Assembly: GCF_009914755.1 (NCBI RefSeq)
Contig: NC_060932.1
Reading direction: 5' to 3' (one strand)
DNA length: 64,000 nt
Origin: the human T2T-CHM13v2.0 reference genome, Homo sapiens
Shown here: piece after piece, positions 38,148-50,959 of the stretch
Layout of the letters: every line of letters begins with the position of its first letter
Numbering within the stretch: the first letter of the stretch is position 1
Translations under genes and position numbers: made by a program
Notes under the pieces: generated by a model
Database searches by the model: none
What the model was told of the DNA's origin: nothing
The model's input: only the letters and a program-made list of their open reading frames with translations

Positions 38148-39675
38148 CCCCTCATCAGTAGCTAGTTTCAACATGTAATAGTTTCATTTTGGCTGGGCGC
38201 GGTGGCTCACGCCTGTAATTCGGCACTTTGGGAGGCCGAGGCGGGCAGATTGCTTGAGGTCAGGAGTTCGAGACCAAACTGGCCAACATGGTGAAACCTC
38301 GTCTCTACTAAAATTACAAAAAATTATCCGGGCATGGTGGCACATGCCTGTAGTCCTAGCTACTCAGAAGGCTGGAGCAGGAGAATTGCTTGAACCTGGG
38401 AGGCGGAGGTTGCAGTGAGCTGAGGTCGTGCCATTGTTCTCCAGCCTGGGCAAGACAGCGAGACTCCCTCTCAAAAAAAATAATTTTATTTGAATTATCT
38501 TTCTGTGAAAGAAATAGGTTCTGGCTCCCGCACTTCCTGTGCACTGATCTTATTTGATGGAACAAAATTTGAATGTGCTACCTATATCATAGGCTGTTCA
38601 GGGATACCAAGAAAGATAGATAAATAGACAGATAGATTACGAATATAGATAGATAGACATAGAGCTAGAGATAGAGATATCTTCCACCTATCTGCTCACT
38701 ATGCCAGGGTATCCTTGAAGCATTTGTTAACTCGACACAGCCACAGCATAGAAGAAACTTGGGTCTTGAATGACTGCATGGAGCAGAGTCTGCTCTTGCA
38801 TAGGAGCCCCAATACCCTGTATTCTGGACCCTGCTGCATCCACTCGGGCTGAAGAATTCAAGAAAAAGCCACCTATCTGTTATAGCCCTTCCCTCCAGAG
38901 AGATCAGTGTATTAGTAATCGCCTTATTTATTTTGACTTTGATAGTATTTTTTGTTATAAAACAACTCTTGATGTTATTAATGTGAGATAGTCCGAAGAT
39001 TGTTTCTTCTCACTGTATAATGAAAGCAACTAGGGCAGAAATAACAAAAATCAAAAAGTGCATTAAAAACAGATGGCTGCAGGTGTCCTATTATCTTTCA
39101 TTTGTGTTAATTAAATTTAGTGTTGGCAGATAATATAAAGAGATACTCAGTTCAATCTGACTTTTGGAGAAATTACAATTTTTATTAGTACAGTTATTTC
39201 CAAATATTGCAAATATGAGAACAAATAACCCCCAACTCATAGTGATTCAATGCAATAGAGGTTTATTTATGACTCATGGAATAGGCTGCAGGATGGGGGG
39301 CATTGGGGCACTCATGTGGGGGCAGCCTTTGCTCCTTGCAGTCATTCAAGACCCAGGTTTCTTGTATGCTGTGGCTCTTTTAAGTTCAATAAATGCTTTG
39401 AGAATACCCTGGCATAGTGAGCAAACAGGAGGAGGATATCTGTATCTCTATCTCTGTCTCTATCAGACCTGTATCTAAAATCTCTGTCTCTCTCTCTCTC
39501 TCACTCTCTCTATCTTTGTATCACTGAACAGCCTATGACATAGGTAGTACATTGAAATTTTGTTTCGTCGAATAAGATTGATGCACAGGAAATCCAGGAA
39601 CCAGAATCTATTACTTTTATTGAAACATAATTGAAATGAAACCACTACTTGTTGAAACTGGCTGCTGATGAGGGG
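38148..39675. repeat. Inverted duplication: left arm ~38148-38827 (Alu-interrupted), right arm ~39289-39675
   Basis: For example ctcactatgccagggtat / ataccctggcatagtgag, gggtcttgaatgactgca / tgcagtcattcaagaccc, and cataggctgttcag / ctgaacagcctatg. Confidence 0.93.
38191..38480 (+). mobile_element. AluS
   Basis: Full dimer with degenerate TSD aatagtttcattt / aataattttattt. Confidence 0.95.
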
Positions 39676-40466
39676 TTAAAGATGAAATCTAAAAATACAG
39701 TGTCATTTTATTTTGTATAAAAGTTAAAGAATATTCTGAGTTTGCTGTAGGTTTTTACTTCTTCTTTTATTTCTGCAGATAACTCTGAGATTATTTTGTT
39801 TCGATGTGTTGTTGAAACAAAGCATAGAAATTATTCAGATACATAGTATTTCCTGCCAGTAGCTTTGTCATCAATCTGACTGAGACACATCACCAAGGAA
39901 AAGCAAACTTTAAATATGAAATAGGCAGTCTTCATTCAAAATATTTATAGGCATTTAATATGGATAACCACTGTTTCACGTATAACTTTTGCTTAATTAT
40001 AATTGAGAAAGAACAGTAAGTTACGAAGAGGACGGTGATTCTCTCTGTTTCATGCCTCCCAGCACACTAGCATTAAACAACAGGCACAGAGATTTTTTTT
40101 TCTCTGTACCATGTTTTGTTCTGGTTATATTTATTGGCATGTAATTTTGTGTTTATGGAAACAAATAATAAAAATAGAACTAATTATATATATGCCTTAA
40201 AAAATGTACAGCTTGGCACAAGAAAAAATGGAAAGAAAGAGAAAAGGGTCTTTCACTAGAGAATATTTGGGAGGGAAGATGGAGTGGGTGCTGCCAGGTG
40301 GATGTGTGGCGGAACCTTTTTGCCAGCTTGTTTCCCTTGGGCCTTGGGCCACTTTGTTTTCTCTGAAAGTGCTTTCTCTTTAGCAGGGACTTTGGTAGCA
40401 TGAGCGGAACCCCTAGGTGTTCATGGAAACCTGGCTGTCCAGGGGCTTGGGGACACCATGGGACAC

Positions 40467-40519
40467 GCTGCCACCCTCTAGTGGTAGAATAGAGACGCAC
40501 TTCACCACCAGGGGGTCTC
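40467..40519. promoter_or_regulatory. Candidate divergent pair of CTCF motifs
   Basis: CCACTAGAGGGTGG on the - strand and CCACCAGGGGGTC on the + strand. Confidence 0.45.
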
Positions 40520-40553
40520 CTCTCTGTCGTTGTTTTCCAGCCTCAAAAAGTCA

Positions 40554-40943
<390 letters not shown>

Positions 40944-42103
40944 TTAGCGGTGTCTGTTTGAGAATCACTGAATTTGTTGCACAATTTTGACAGCTGAGAT
41001 TTGGTGTAATCATTGTTGAGGCTTGTAATACAAAAAGCAAAATTTCTTTTTGTCTCTTTCACTTGTCAAATACAGATAATACTGTAACCCTGAATATGCG
41101 TACGTCTATTCAATAGTTACCCTCACCCTAGTGTTCCCTCAGAGGGGCACACAGAATCCTGGTTGCTAAGCATTGCTTTGGTGCATGCTGAAGATCCCAG
41201 TAACTTCAAGCTCTCTTTATTTTGAATTGTATGTCTACTAAGGGGAGTGACCTGGGTTCCAGTGAAATGGTTTCCACTGCACCTGCTCCTTTCACTTCCT
41301 CCCCTGCTCTGTCCTCCCCTTGCTCACCTCTCTTTCAATTTCTCCTTAGCCTGCCTTGCCTTTAGCAGGAGAAGAATGGTGAGAATAGAGAGAATCTAGT
41401 CCTGAGCATGGTCGACCTGGGTTCTGGGCAAGTTACCTGTGCCATGCCCTTATTCTACCCGTTGGCCTGTGCAGGGAGGTGAGCACTGAGGAAAGACAGG
41501 TGTGTTCACTCTGCCCAGGTGAGCTCCGGGATGGGACTCCCTAGGAGGGATCGTGGGGAGGGACGTCCAGGCTACCATTCAGGGCTGGCCATCTGGGCTT
41601 CAGGGACATCCTGACGTCTTTGCCTTGTCCTGTGGTCTCCACAGAGACAGTGTTGGGGCTCCCCTGAGTTGCTGTAATTCCACAAGTGGGGAGCTCCCCT
41701 CACATCTCTCTGCTTCCTCGGCCAACCCTCCTCTCCAGCTGCCGGGGCCCTGTCTACCTGACACTTGGACCTTGCTGCATATTTCTCAGCTTCCGTCCAC
41801 CTCTCCCATCTGGCTGTCTTTGTGTGTGTGTGTGTGTGGCTTTGTCAGTTACGGCGGGGTTTCTGGGCCACGTGGTCCGTGCTGTTTGAGCCATCCTGAG
41901 CTAGAGGCTGTACCATGTCTCTAGGGGAAGGGGTGGGTATGAGGCCTGGAGAACTTTCAGGGCTGTCTTGCGTGGAGGACTGTCTACAAGGTTTAGGAGC
42001 CGGGATAAAGGTAGTCCCTGCAAAGCCCGGACAGCCACAGCCCACCTCGGGGGCCATCGAGCGCTACCTGGGAGGTCTCCTCCCCATCATTTGCTCAGGC
42101 TAC

Positions 42104-42441
42104 GTGTTAGTCAGGTTCTCCAGAGAAGCAGAACCAATTCCTTCACTGTGTGGTGTGGTGAGCCACAGGCCAGCAGGCTGGAGACCCGGGGAGGAGCTGC
42201 AGGCCAGTCCCGAGGCCACCTGCTGCCAGAACTCCCTCTTGCTCTGGGGAGGTCAGTCTTTGTTCCATTCATGTCCCCTCCTCATTATGGAAGACCATCT
42301 GCTTTACCAATTTAAATATTTATCTCATAGTCCACCAACTTAAATATTTATCTCATCTGAAAACAACCTTACATAAACATCCAGAGTACTGTTTGTCCAA
42401 CTGTCCAGGAACCATGGCCCAGGCATAACATCAACCATCAA
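42104..42441 (-). mobile_element. MLT2 LTR, internally deleted
   Basis: tgttagtcaggttctccagagaagcagaaccaat...aaccatca. Confidence 0.75.
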
Positions 42442-43981
42442 AAGGCATTTCTCGGGTTTGCGTGTTCTCTGGCGTCTGACCCCCAAAGCCACATTCTCCT
42501 TGTCCTCAAGGATGGGTTTCTGGCCCTTGGCAGCTTTGAGACAGATTTGAGGTATTTGAGGTTCCTTGGAAGCGCCAGTCATGCCCTGGTACTCTGTGTC
42601 CCGGGGGCCCCGATGCTGAGCATGGACATCAGGCTGGTTCACAGTCGGTGACTGCAGCACCCTCACCAGCCTCGCATAAAGCAGGAATGTTTAGCCCTGT
42701 CTTAAGGGTTTGCTTGGGGAAGGAAATGATGGTGAGCAAGGTAGGACTTTTCACATGGGGAGTCATTGTGCTTACATTGTGGATTACGATGATCCCATCC
42801 GTTTTCAGAGAGTGTTTTCTCTAATTGCTTATTGCCAGGGTCTGGTCCTGGGGAAAGAAGCAATTGGGGGCTCTGGTGAGAAGGCACAGGGGCTCCCCCA
42901 GAAGCAAGGACAGAGAGAGCACGGCTGTGCTTGCTCAGGTGTGCTCAGCAGGCTGCGACGTCTGCAGCCTGGGGCTCCTGCGCCTGTCTCTTTGATGTGA
43001 GCTCTACCTCTCCTTCACCATCCAGGCTGTCCTGGGGCAAACTCCAGGTGGTCACTTTTAGCTGTGTCTCTGGGCAGACAAGTCTAGACAAGACACCACT
43101 TTCTTCTCCACTCCTGTTTCCTGAGTGTACCTAGGGAACTACACCAGGTCCTCCCCCAGGCACCTGCTCCATTAGTGACTGGTGGCCATCTTCACACTCC
43201 CGGTGAGCAAGGAAGTGGCACCAGCTGGGATCCTTCTTCTCAAGCCACACCCAGCTGAGAAGGCTGAAGTAGGCACTGCAGCCTGTCCTGTGGACTTGAA
43301 CTGCTCCGCTGCTGCAGGCGTGTCCTGCCAGGTGGAACAAAAGGAAGAACACACTTCACATGCACAGTGCACACTAGAATGCTATTTAATTCTGAGGGGA
43401 ATTGGGTGACCCTTGACTCCCTCCTCCCTCTGACTTGTTAATTTTCATTTTCTAGATCTCATGGACTTTTTCATAAAGCTTACGTTTTATATTTTACAAT
43501 TTGTATTGAAGCATAATGTGCAGAGTGAAAAGCACCAATCTTGGGAGTTCAGCCAGGTATGTTTTGGCGAATGTGTTCACCTGTGTGACGCCGGTCCCCA
43601 TTGTGACATGGAGCATTCCCATCCAGCCCCAGACTACACCTTCCCCTTCCCTGCCTCCTCTCATGATCTGCTGCACTGCATTCCCTACACAGCAGACAGA
43701 GCAGGAGTCATGCCTTTCTTCCAAGGAACATCCTCCAGTGACTTCATTGCACTGAGAAGCCCCTCCTGGCCCTTGCAGGCCGCTGTGCTCTGGGCCCTAC
43801 TACAGCTCTGACTGGTCCTGCAGCCCCCAATCCCTGGCCTTCTTCTTGGCTCCGAGCACAAACCCCGTCTTAGCACCTCAGGGCCTTTGCATTTGCTCCC
43901 CTGCCTCCATTTCTGGAATTCTGCCCCTGAGATCTGCACGAATTGAGCCCTTTCATCATCTGGGTCTCAGGTCAGGAACGC

Positions 43982-44544
43982 TAACCAAGACTCTGCCCTT
44001 GACCAAACTTTAGTCAGGCTCCTCTGAGCCATCTTTTCAAGTAGGTCCTGTCTGTCTTTGGTCCGTCCAGCCCCATCTTAGCAAAGAATCCTGCTAGGTC
44101 ACCCCTCGACTTTCTAGGCCATCCCCCCACTTGCTAGGCCACCCCCTCACTTGCTAGGCCACCCCCCAACTTGCTAGGTCACGTCTCCCCTTGCCAGTTC
44201 ACCCCCCACTTACTGGGTCACCCCCATTTGCTAGGTCACCCCCTCACTCACTAGGTCACCCCCACTTGCTAGGTCACCCCCCCACTTACTAGGTCACCCC
44301 CACTTACTAGGTCACCCTCCACTTGCTAGGTCACCCCGTCACTTGCTAGGCCACCCCCCTTACTAGGTCAAGTCACCCCCCCCGCTTGCTAGGTCACCCC
44401 CCATTTGCTAGGTCACCCCCTCACTCACTAGGTCACCCCCACTTGCTAGGTCACCCCCCCACCCTTCCTATCTGACTGTGTTATTTATTCCCCACCTTTG
44501 ATGTCTAAGTCTCTGACCACCGTTATGAAGAATCCTGTTAGGTC

Positions 44545-44545
<1 letters not shown>
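43982..44545 (+). mobile_element. MER31-like ERV1 LTR containing a VNTR
   Basis: aagactctgcccttgaccaaactttagtcaggctcctctgagcc, aagaatcctgctaggtca. Confidence 0.75.
44092..44462. repeat. ~19-bp VNTR (CTTGCTAGGTCACCCCCCA), ~19 units
   Basis: Direct count. A 3-unit higher-order block repeats at 44221 and 44398. Confidence 0.95.
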
Positions 44546-45540
<995 letters not shown>

Positions 45541-45709
45541 TCCTCTCTTCTCTCAACATCCTCTCTACCACTTCTCTGGTCTACATAGAAAACTCTTTCG
45601 AAGAGCTAGTGTTCTGAGATACGACTTGGGTTTTTGTTTTTGCATCTGAAGAATCCTGAATTATCAAACACCAGAAAAGCACAAACACAAAAGAACTTGC
45701 TGAAAGGAC

Positions 45710-45715
45710 TTTATT
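45710..45715 (-). terminator. DEFA6: DEFA6 polyadenylation signal AATAAA
   Basis: tttatt on the + strand, ~100 nt past the stop codon. Confidence 0.85.
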
Positions 45716-45817
45716 TGAGATGAGGAAACAAAGTTGATGGCAATGTATAGGACACACGACAGTTTCCTTCTAGGTCATAAAGTAAATTATGAATATATTT
45801 CTCTCTGTTCTCATCCC

Positions 45818-45927
45818 TCAGAGGCAGCAGAATCTGTGGTTAATACCCATGACAGTGCAGGTCCCATAGGAATATTCTGTTGAATAACAGGACCTTCTGC
45901 AATGGCAAGTGAAAGCCCTTGTTGAGC
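45818..45927 (-). CDS. DEFA6: Defensin alpha 6, exon 2: mature peptide
   Basis: Acceptor CAG at 45930-45928. Reads (G)STRAFTCHCRRSCYSTEYSYGTCTVMGINHRFCCL* with the six-Cys alpha-defensin motif. 193+110=303 nt = 100 aa plus stop. Confidence 0.98.
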
Positions 45928-46239
45928 CTGGGGACAGAGAGAGAGAGCATCAGAAATTGAGCACCAGGGTCAGCAGCGGGCAGTAAAGAGAATCTTCAGG
46001 AAGTTGCATGCTTGCTGACATGTAATGCTGGCTGCATTACAGCCAATAGCATGATCACACCATCAATAGGAATAAATACGCAGAGCAGTGTTGGTCACAC
46101 ACAGGATTAGAGACCCATTCTGATATGCTGTACTTATCTGCTCCTTCCCTGTCACACACACATCTGAATGCACCCATATGACTGTCTCCAGTTTCCAACG
46201 GTTCCTATAAAAGTCAGATTAAAAAACATTCCTTTAGCA

Positions 46240-46552
46240 GCTGGATGTGGTGGCTTACGCCTGTAATCCCAGCACTTTGGGAGGCCAAGGTGGGTTTATC
46301 ACAAGGTCAGGAGTTCAAGACTAGCCTGGCCAAGATGGTGAAACCCCGTCTCTACTGAAAAAAAAAAAATACAAAATTTAGCCAGGCTTGGTGTCTGGTG
46401 CCTGTAATCCTAGTGACTTGGGAGGCTGAGGGAGAAAATTGCGTGAACCCAGGAGGCAGAGGTTGCAGTGATCTGAGATAGTGCCACTGCACTCCAGCCT
46501 GGGTGACAGAGCGAGACTCCATCAAACAAAACAAAACAAAACAAAGCAAAAC
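46240..46552 (+). mobile_element. AluS in the DEFA6 intron (antisense to the gene)
   Basis: TSD aaaacattccttta (46223-46236 and 46553-46566). Confidence 0.95.
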
Positions 46553-46841
46553 AAAACATTCCTTTAAAATTAGGCTCTCTTCCTTGAAGTAGAGACTCCT
46601 CAATACATTTCTACATGGCAAAAAATTAGAAAATTTCATAGACTTATCATAGAATTAAAAAATCTTTAGAGAAAAGTCATGCCTTGAATATCACTGATTC
46701 TTCCTTTTCAGTACAAACATAAAGTAATTGAGGCCTGGGGAGGTGATCACCTAAGAGAAAGAGCCAGCTGTTGGATCTAATTCTAGAAGTGCTTGGTTTT
46801 CCTCTCTACACTCCTAGCTCTGCAATGCTGGTGTCTCTTAC

Positions 46842-47034
46842 CCAAAGCTCTAAGACTTGAGCTTGCATCCTCTGCAAAGGAGACGGCAAAGTCCTGGTCA
46901 TTTGCCCCACGCTGCTCCTGGGCATCAGCCTCATAAGCTTTTGCCTGCAGTGGATCATCCTCAGCTTGGAGTGGCTCAGCCTTGGCCTGGAGGGCCACGA
47001 GGAGAACAGCAGTGAGGATGGTGAGGGTTCTCAT
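46842..47034 (-). CDS. DEFA6: Defensin alpha 6 (HD6), coding exon 1: signal peptide and propiece
   Basis: Translates MRTLTILTAVLLVALQAKAEPLQAEDDPLQAKAYEADAQEQRGANDQDFAVSFAEDASSSLRAL(G). Phase-1 donor G|GTAAGA after 46842. 193 nt. Confidence 0.98.
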
Positions 47035-47074
47035 GGCTAGGGTCGCTGGAGGAGAGAGAGCAGGAGCAGATGTG

Positions 47075-47220
47075 TGGGGAGTGAGGAGCCAGCCTGGATT
47101 TATAGGTCTGCTGGGAGAAGGCTCAGGGACAGATGTTGCGGTGAGACGGGGAGTGCATGTGATTGGGGAGCAGAAGAGCTACCCTTGCCCTCCATGTCCC
47201 TTTGATGCTCCTTTGTTCTC
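47075..47220 (-). promoter_or_regulatory. DEFA6: DEFA6 proximal promoter: TATA box and TCF/LEF motifs
   Basis: TATAAA at 47104-47099, ~25 nt upstream of the probable TSS (~47075). CTTTGAT at 47200-47206 and CTTTGTT at 47211-47217. Wnt/TCF control of Paneth defensins is established. Confidence 0.8.
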
Positions 47221-47999
47221 CAAGCTTCATTGTAGTGTGAGGCTGTTTATTGAGTGTCTGTTCTGGTCCCAGCTGATAGTGATGATAAGAACAGTGTTAC
47301 ATTGTCCTGTTTTCCATCTGCTGGAATATTTACTTGTTAATATTCAAAAAAGAAAAGAACAGTGCTTTCAATGAATAATTTCAGGAATCAAATGCCTCTT
47401 ATTTTCTGAAGGTGGGGCTGGCCACTCTCTGGAGGTCTAGACCTTGAGGCCAGAGCTGGATCCCGCTAGAGTAGAGAGTTAATTCATTGCAGGATTCAGG
47501 GGGCATTTCTGCCCTCATGAAGGAGGCTTTGAGATTATGGGGTGAATAGGCTCTTGTGGGGCACAGTGTGGAGAAGATAATGACCTTATCAGCCTATAAG
47601 GGAAAAGAACTCAGTGGGATACTAGGTAAAGAGTTAGTAAAACTAAAGCCAAAAGATTTATTTCAAGAAACCCATGTGATCTGAATGTATCAAGTAAAAT
47701 ATGTACTAGGTATTTCTCTCCACTTTGAGAAATATCGAAACAATTGACATGCCCACAATCCCCCTCTGAAATTTTATTTTATTTTTAATTTTAGAAAATG
47801 TTGAATTGCCCACAAGGACCATTCAAAGGGTAAAAGGAGTAATGAGCCTCCATCCTTGCCCCAGCCCTGCAGCTCTGCTCCAGGAAATCTCCACTTAAAA
47901 ATTAAACATTGGTTTGTGCTTTGTTTTTTCTCCCTAATGCTGTAATTTGAATACTTTGTAGCTCAAAACATATAGAACTCTACCATTATTTTCATAGTC

Positions 48000-48670
48000 T
48001 CTTGTTTCTGGTCTTCTATTCAGGTATTTTATCCATTTTGAGTTAAGTTTTGTATATGCCAAAAGAGAAGGGTCCAGTTTTATTGTTTTGCATATGGAAA
48101 TAGTATTCCCACCACCATTTATTGAAGAGACTCTCCTGTCCCTATTGTGTCTTCTTCATGCCATTGTCAAAAGTTACTTGACCATATGTGTTTCGATGTG
48201 TTTCTGGACTCTCAATTTTATTTCACTGGTATGTGTCTGGTTTTATGCCAATACCATATTGTTTTGATTACCGTAGCTTTGTAATATAATTTAAAACCAG
48301 GAATTGTGATGTCTTCAACTTTGTTTTTTTTTCTCAGAATTGTTTTGTCTATTTGGGTTCTTTCACCATTTCATACAAATTTTAGGATTTTTTTTTTATT
48401 TCTGTAAAGAATGCCATGGGGATTTTGATAGGAATTGTGCTGAATCTGTATATTGTTTTGTTTGGGATAGACATTTTAACAATCTTAATTCTTCCAATTT
48501 TCAGCCCAGGATATCTTTCCATTTATTTTTACATTCTTTAATTTCTTTCACTATTTTTTTTTTTCATTTTCAGTGTGTAGATCCTTCACCTCCTTGTTTC
48601 TTCCTAGGTGTTTTATTTTTTGATGCTATTGTACATGGAATTGTTTTCTTGATTTTTGTTTCAGTTTTGT
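48000..48670 (-). mobile_element. Old L1M ORF2 fragment
   Basis: caccatttattgaagagact, ttttatgccaataccat, gggattttgataggaattg. Confidence 0.88.
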
Positions 48671-49720
48671 TAGGGAATCTATGGGCATTTAAAAATGCAT
48701 TTGTTCTGTATTTATTTGAATTTTGCCTTCATTTACCCAGCAGGAGATGACCATTTAACTAACATCTAAATTTCGAATTAAACTTTCCCTCTCCAACCCA
48801 AACTGTAATTGTCCATTGTGACTTACAGCTGTCTATGCCTCTTTCCCCAGTAGTTCATGGGACAGGCAATAATTACTCTATCACCTGGAAATCCTACCCT
48901 GGAGCTGTTACTCAGATACCCTGATCTAGCTAACAGGACAAGATACTTCTGTAAATAAGTGATCTAATTTGTCTTGACTTAAAGGAGCATTTTGGAATTG
49001 TATGCTCTATCTTTGGAAACTAAGAAGTGTTCCCAGCCTATTTTAATTGAAATAGAAGATAATGCAGACCAATCCCCATGGGCATTGGTAAATGTTTAGA
49101 CAGATGGGGTGCAGGAAGGCTTATCAGGATCCATATCGCAGCTTGTAAAGTCACCACAATCACCACGCCAACAGACGGAACGCCTGGAAGTAAACAGAAC
49201 TTCTAGAACAGTAGAACATCAAAGGGTGTCAGGGACAAGGGAACTTCACGTAGTTCCTTTCCCTCTCTCTACTTACCTTCCTGCCCCTAGAGTCACATAC
49301 ATGCAAATACTGAAGCACAAGCTCTATTTTGAAGAGCCCATTTACTCTAGGATCCAGCTTTCAATGATCATGCACAAAATCGAGGCAGGTATATCTCCCC
49401 CTTGTTTAGCCATCAGGCTCCTGCAAGAGAAGTAACCTCCCTACCGTGACCCGCAGTCACGAGGACCTCATCTCTGTTAACTGCCTTTCTTGAGTTAACC
49501 CCACCCCACTCCCACATGGAAGCCCTAATAAGAACCGAGCATCTTGGAGATGCCACCGAGATGAAGTTGACTTAGGCCAAGGGCTGTCTCTGTTGTCCTC
49601 AGTGGCTCCAGCATACCTCCACCCTGAGATGTCCTCACACATCAGACGCTGACCTAGCAGAGCCCACACTATCTTCCAGTAAAGAAGAACCTGCCCTTAC
49701 AGAGAACTGGGCGCGCAGCA

Positions 49721-49754
49721 CTGCAGTAGCACCTTAAGGACAGCAGGTGGCCCT
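49721..49754 (+). promoter_or_regulatory. Candidate CTCF site with upstream motif
   Basis: CTGCAGT-9nt-AGGACAGCAGGTGGCCCT. Confidence 0.55.
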
Positions 49755-50959
49755 CCTGCCCTTAAACAGGAGTTGACCCAAGAGGGACTTCAAATGGGAG
49801 CGCTGTAAAGTGCTGTTCAGCAAACACATTGCTTTCTTCTGCACCCCAAAGTGTACATATTACAACATTAGTTCAGGGGGCACAGAATACGCTGCTGCTG
49901 GTTCCGTGTCAGCGGTAGCTGCTGGCCCTGGAAGGCTGGCCTGCCCCGTCTCTAACCTAGTGTCATGATGTCGTTCCCCCTTGTGCTGGCTGCGGGGCTG
50001 AGGACCTGAGTCTGGGGGCCTCTGCTCTTTCTCCTGGGTGGCAATGCTCCTGTCCCTGCCTCCTTCCCAGTCTGTGGTGGGGACTCGACAGCCAGGGCAG
50101 GTCAGGTTCTCAGTCTGTGCTGAGGTCTCACCTGGGCCTTGCCTCTGTCTCCCCCAGGTGGCTCCCAAACCCCAATTAGAACAGAGTGAGTCTGTATCTC
50201 GTGGTCCCTTTCACCTTTCTTTCTGGGCTGCACCAGAACCTTGGCAGAAATCAGTGGTTTAAGCAAAAAATGGTGCTACATGTAAAAGTCTTTGCAACAC
50301 TTTCACTTCCACCCCCACCCACCCTGCCCCCAGCACAGTGTCCTGGACTTGCCACCAGTGTCAACTCTGAGTGTAGACACAACTGAAACTGTTCCTTCAT
50401 ACACATGCAGTTCAGCTTTCAGACACTCAACAAGAGCCTTGACACCCTCAAGCTGGGGTAAATATCCTGGGGAAGCTACAGGTGGGGGTGCAGGTGTGGG
50501 TGTGAGAGGAGAAAGGCCTTCAGCAGCAGCAAGGATATTCCCACACTCCCTGAGGCTGTCTGGTGACCCCAGCAGACACAGTGAGTGTGGACCTTGGGCA
50601 GGGCCCTGGGACATGGTTTTGACCCAGTGTGGAAGGGCAGTTTTGGAACAGAGTGTGTGTGTTAGCGTGGGGTAGAGCGGGGGCTGCGTGGGGGTGAGCT
50701 CTGAGAACTGTCCATCTCCCAGCCCCTGAGAGTGCACCGCCCTGTCCCTCCCCTCAGCCTTTTGTCCACCTCCCTGCAGGGAGGGTCCTGGTGCTGCCTG
50801 TGCCACACAGCAACTCCCGGGCCTGCAGATCCAGCTGGGACAGGCAGGAGCTCCAAGTCCCCTGCCCTTTGTCCGCCTTTCCCAGCCGCCTCTCACATGC
50901 TGTCTATGTGTCTGGTGTTGTTGCCTGCAGCAATTTTTACAAATGACTATGAAAGAATA

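Noticed and set aside
46783-46841. C-terminal tails of ORF-track entries 46783-47034 and 57277-57591
   Set aside because: Read-through into introns past strong GT donors. Splicing gives the known 100-aa and 97-aa proteins.
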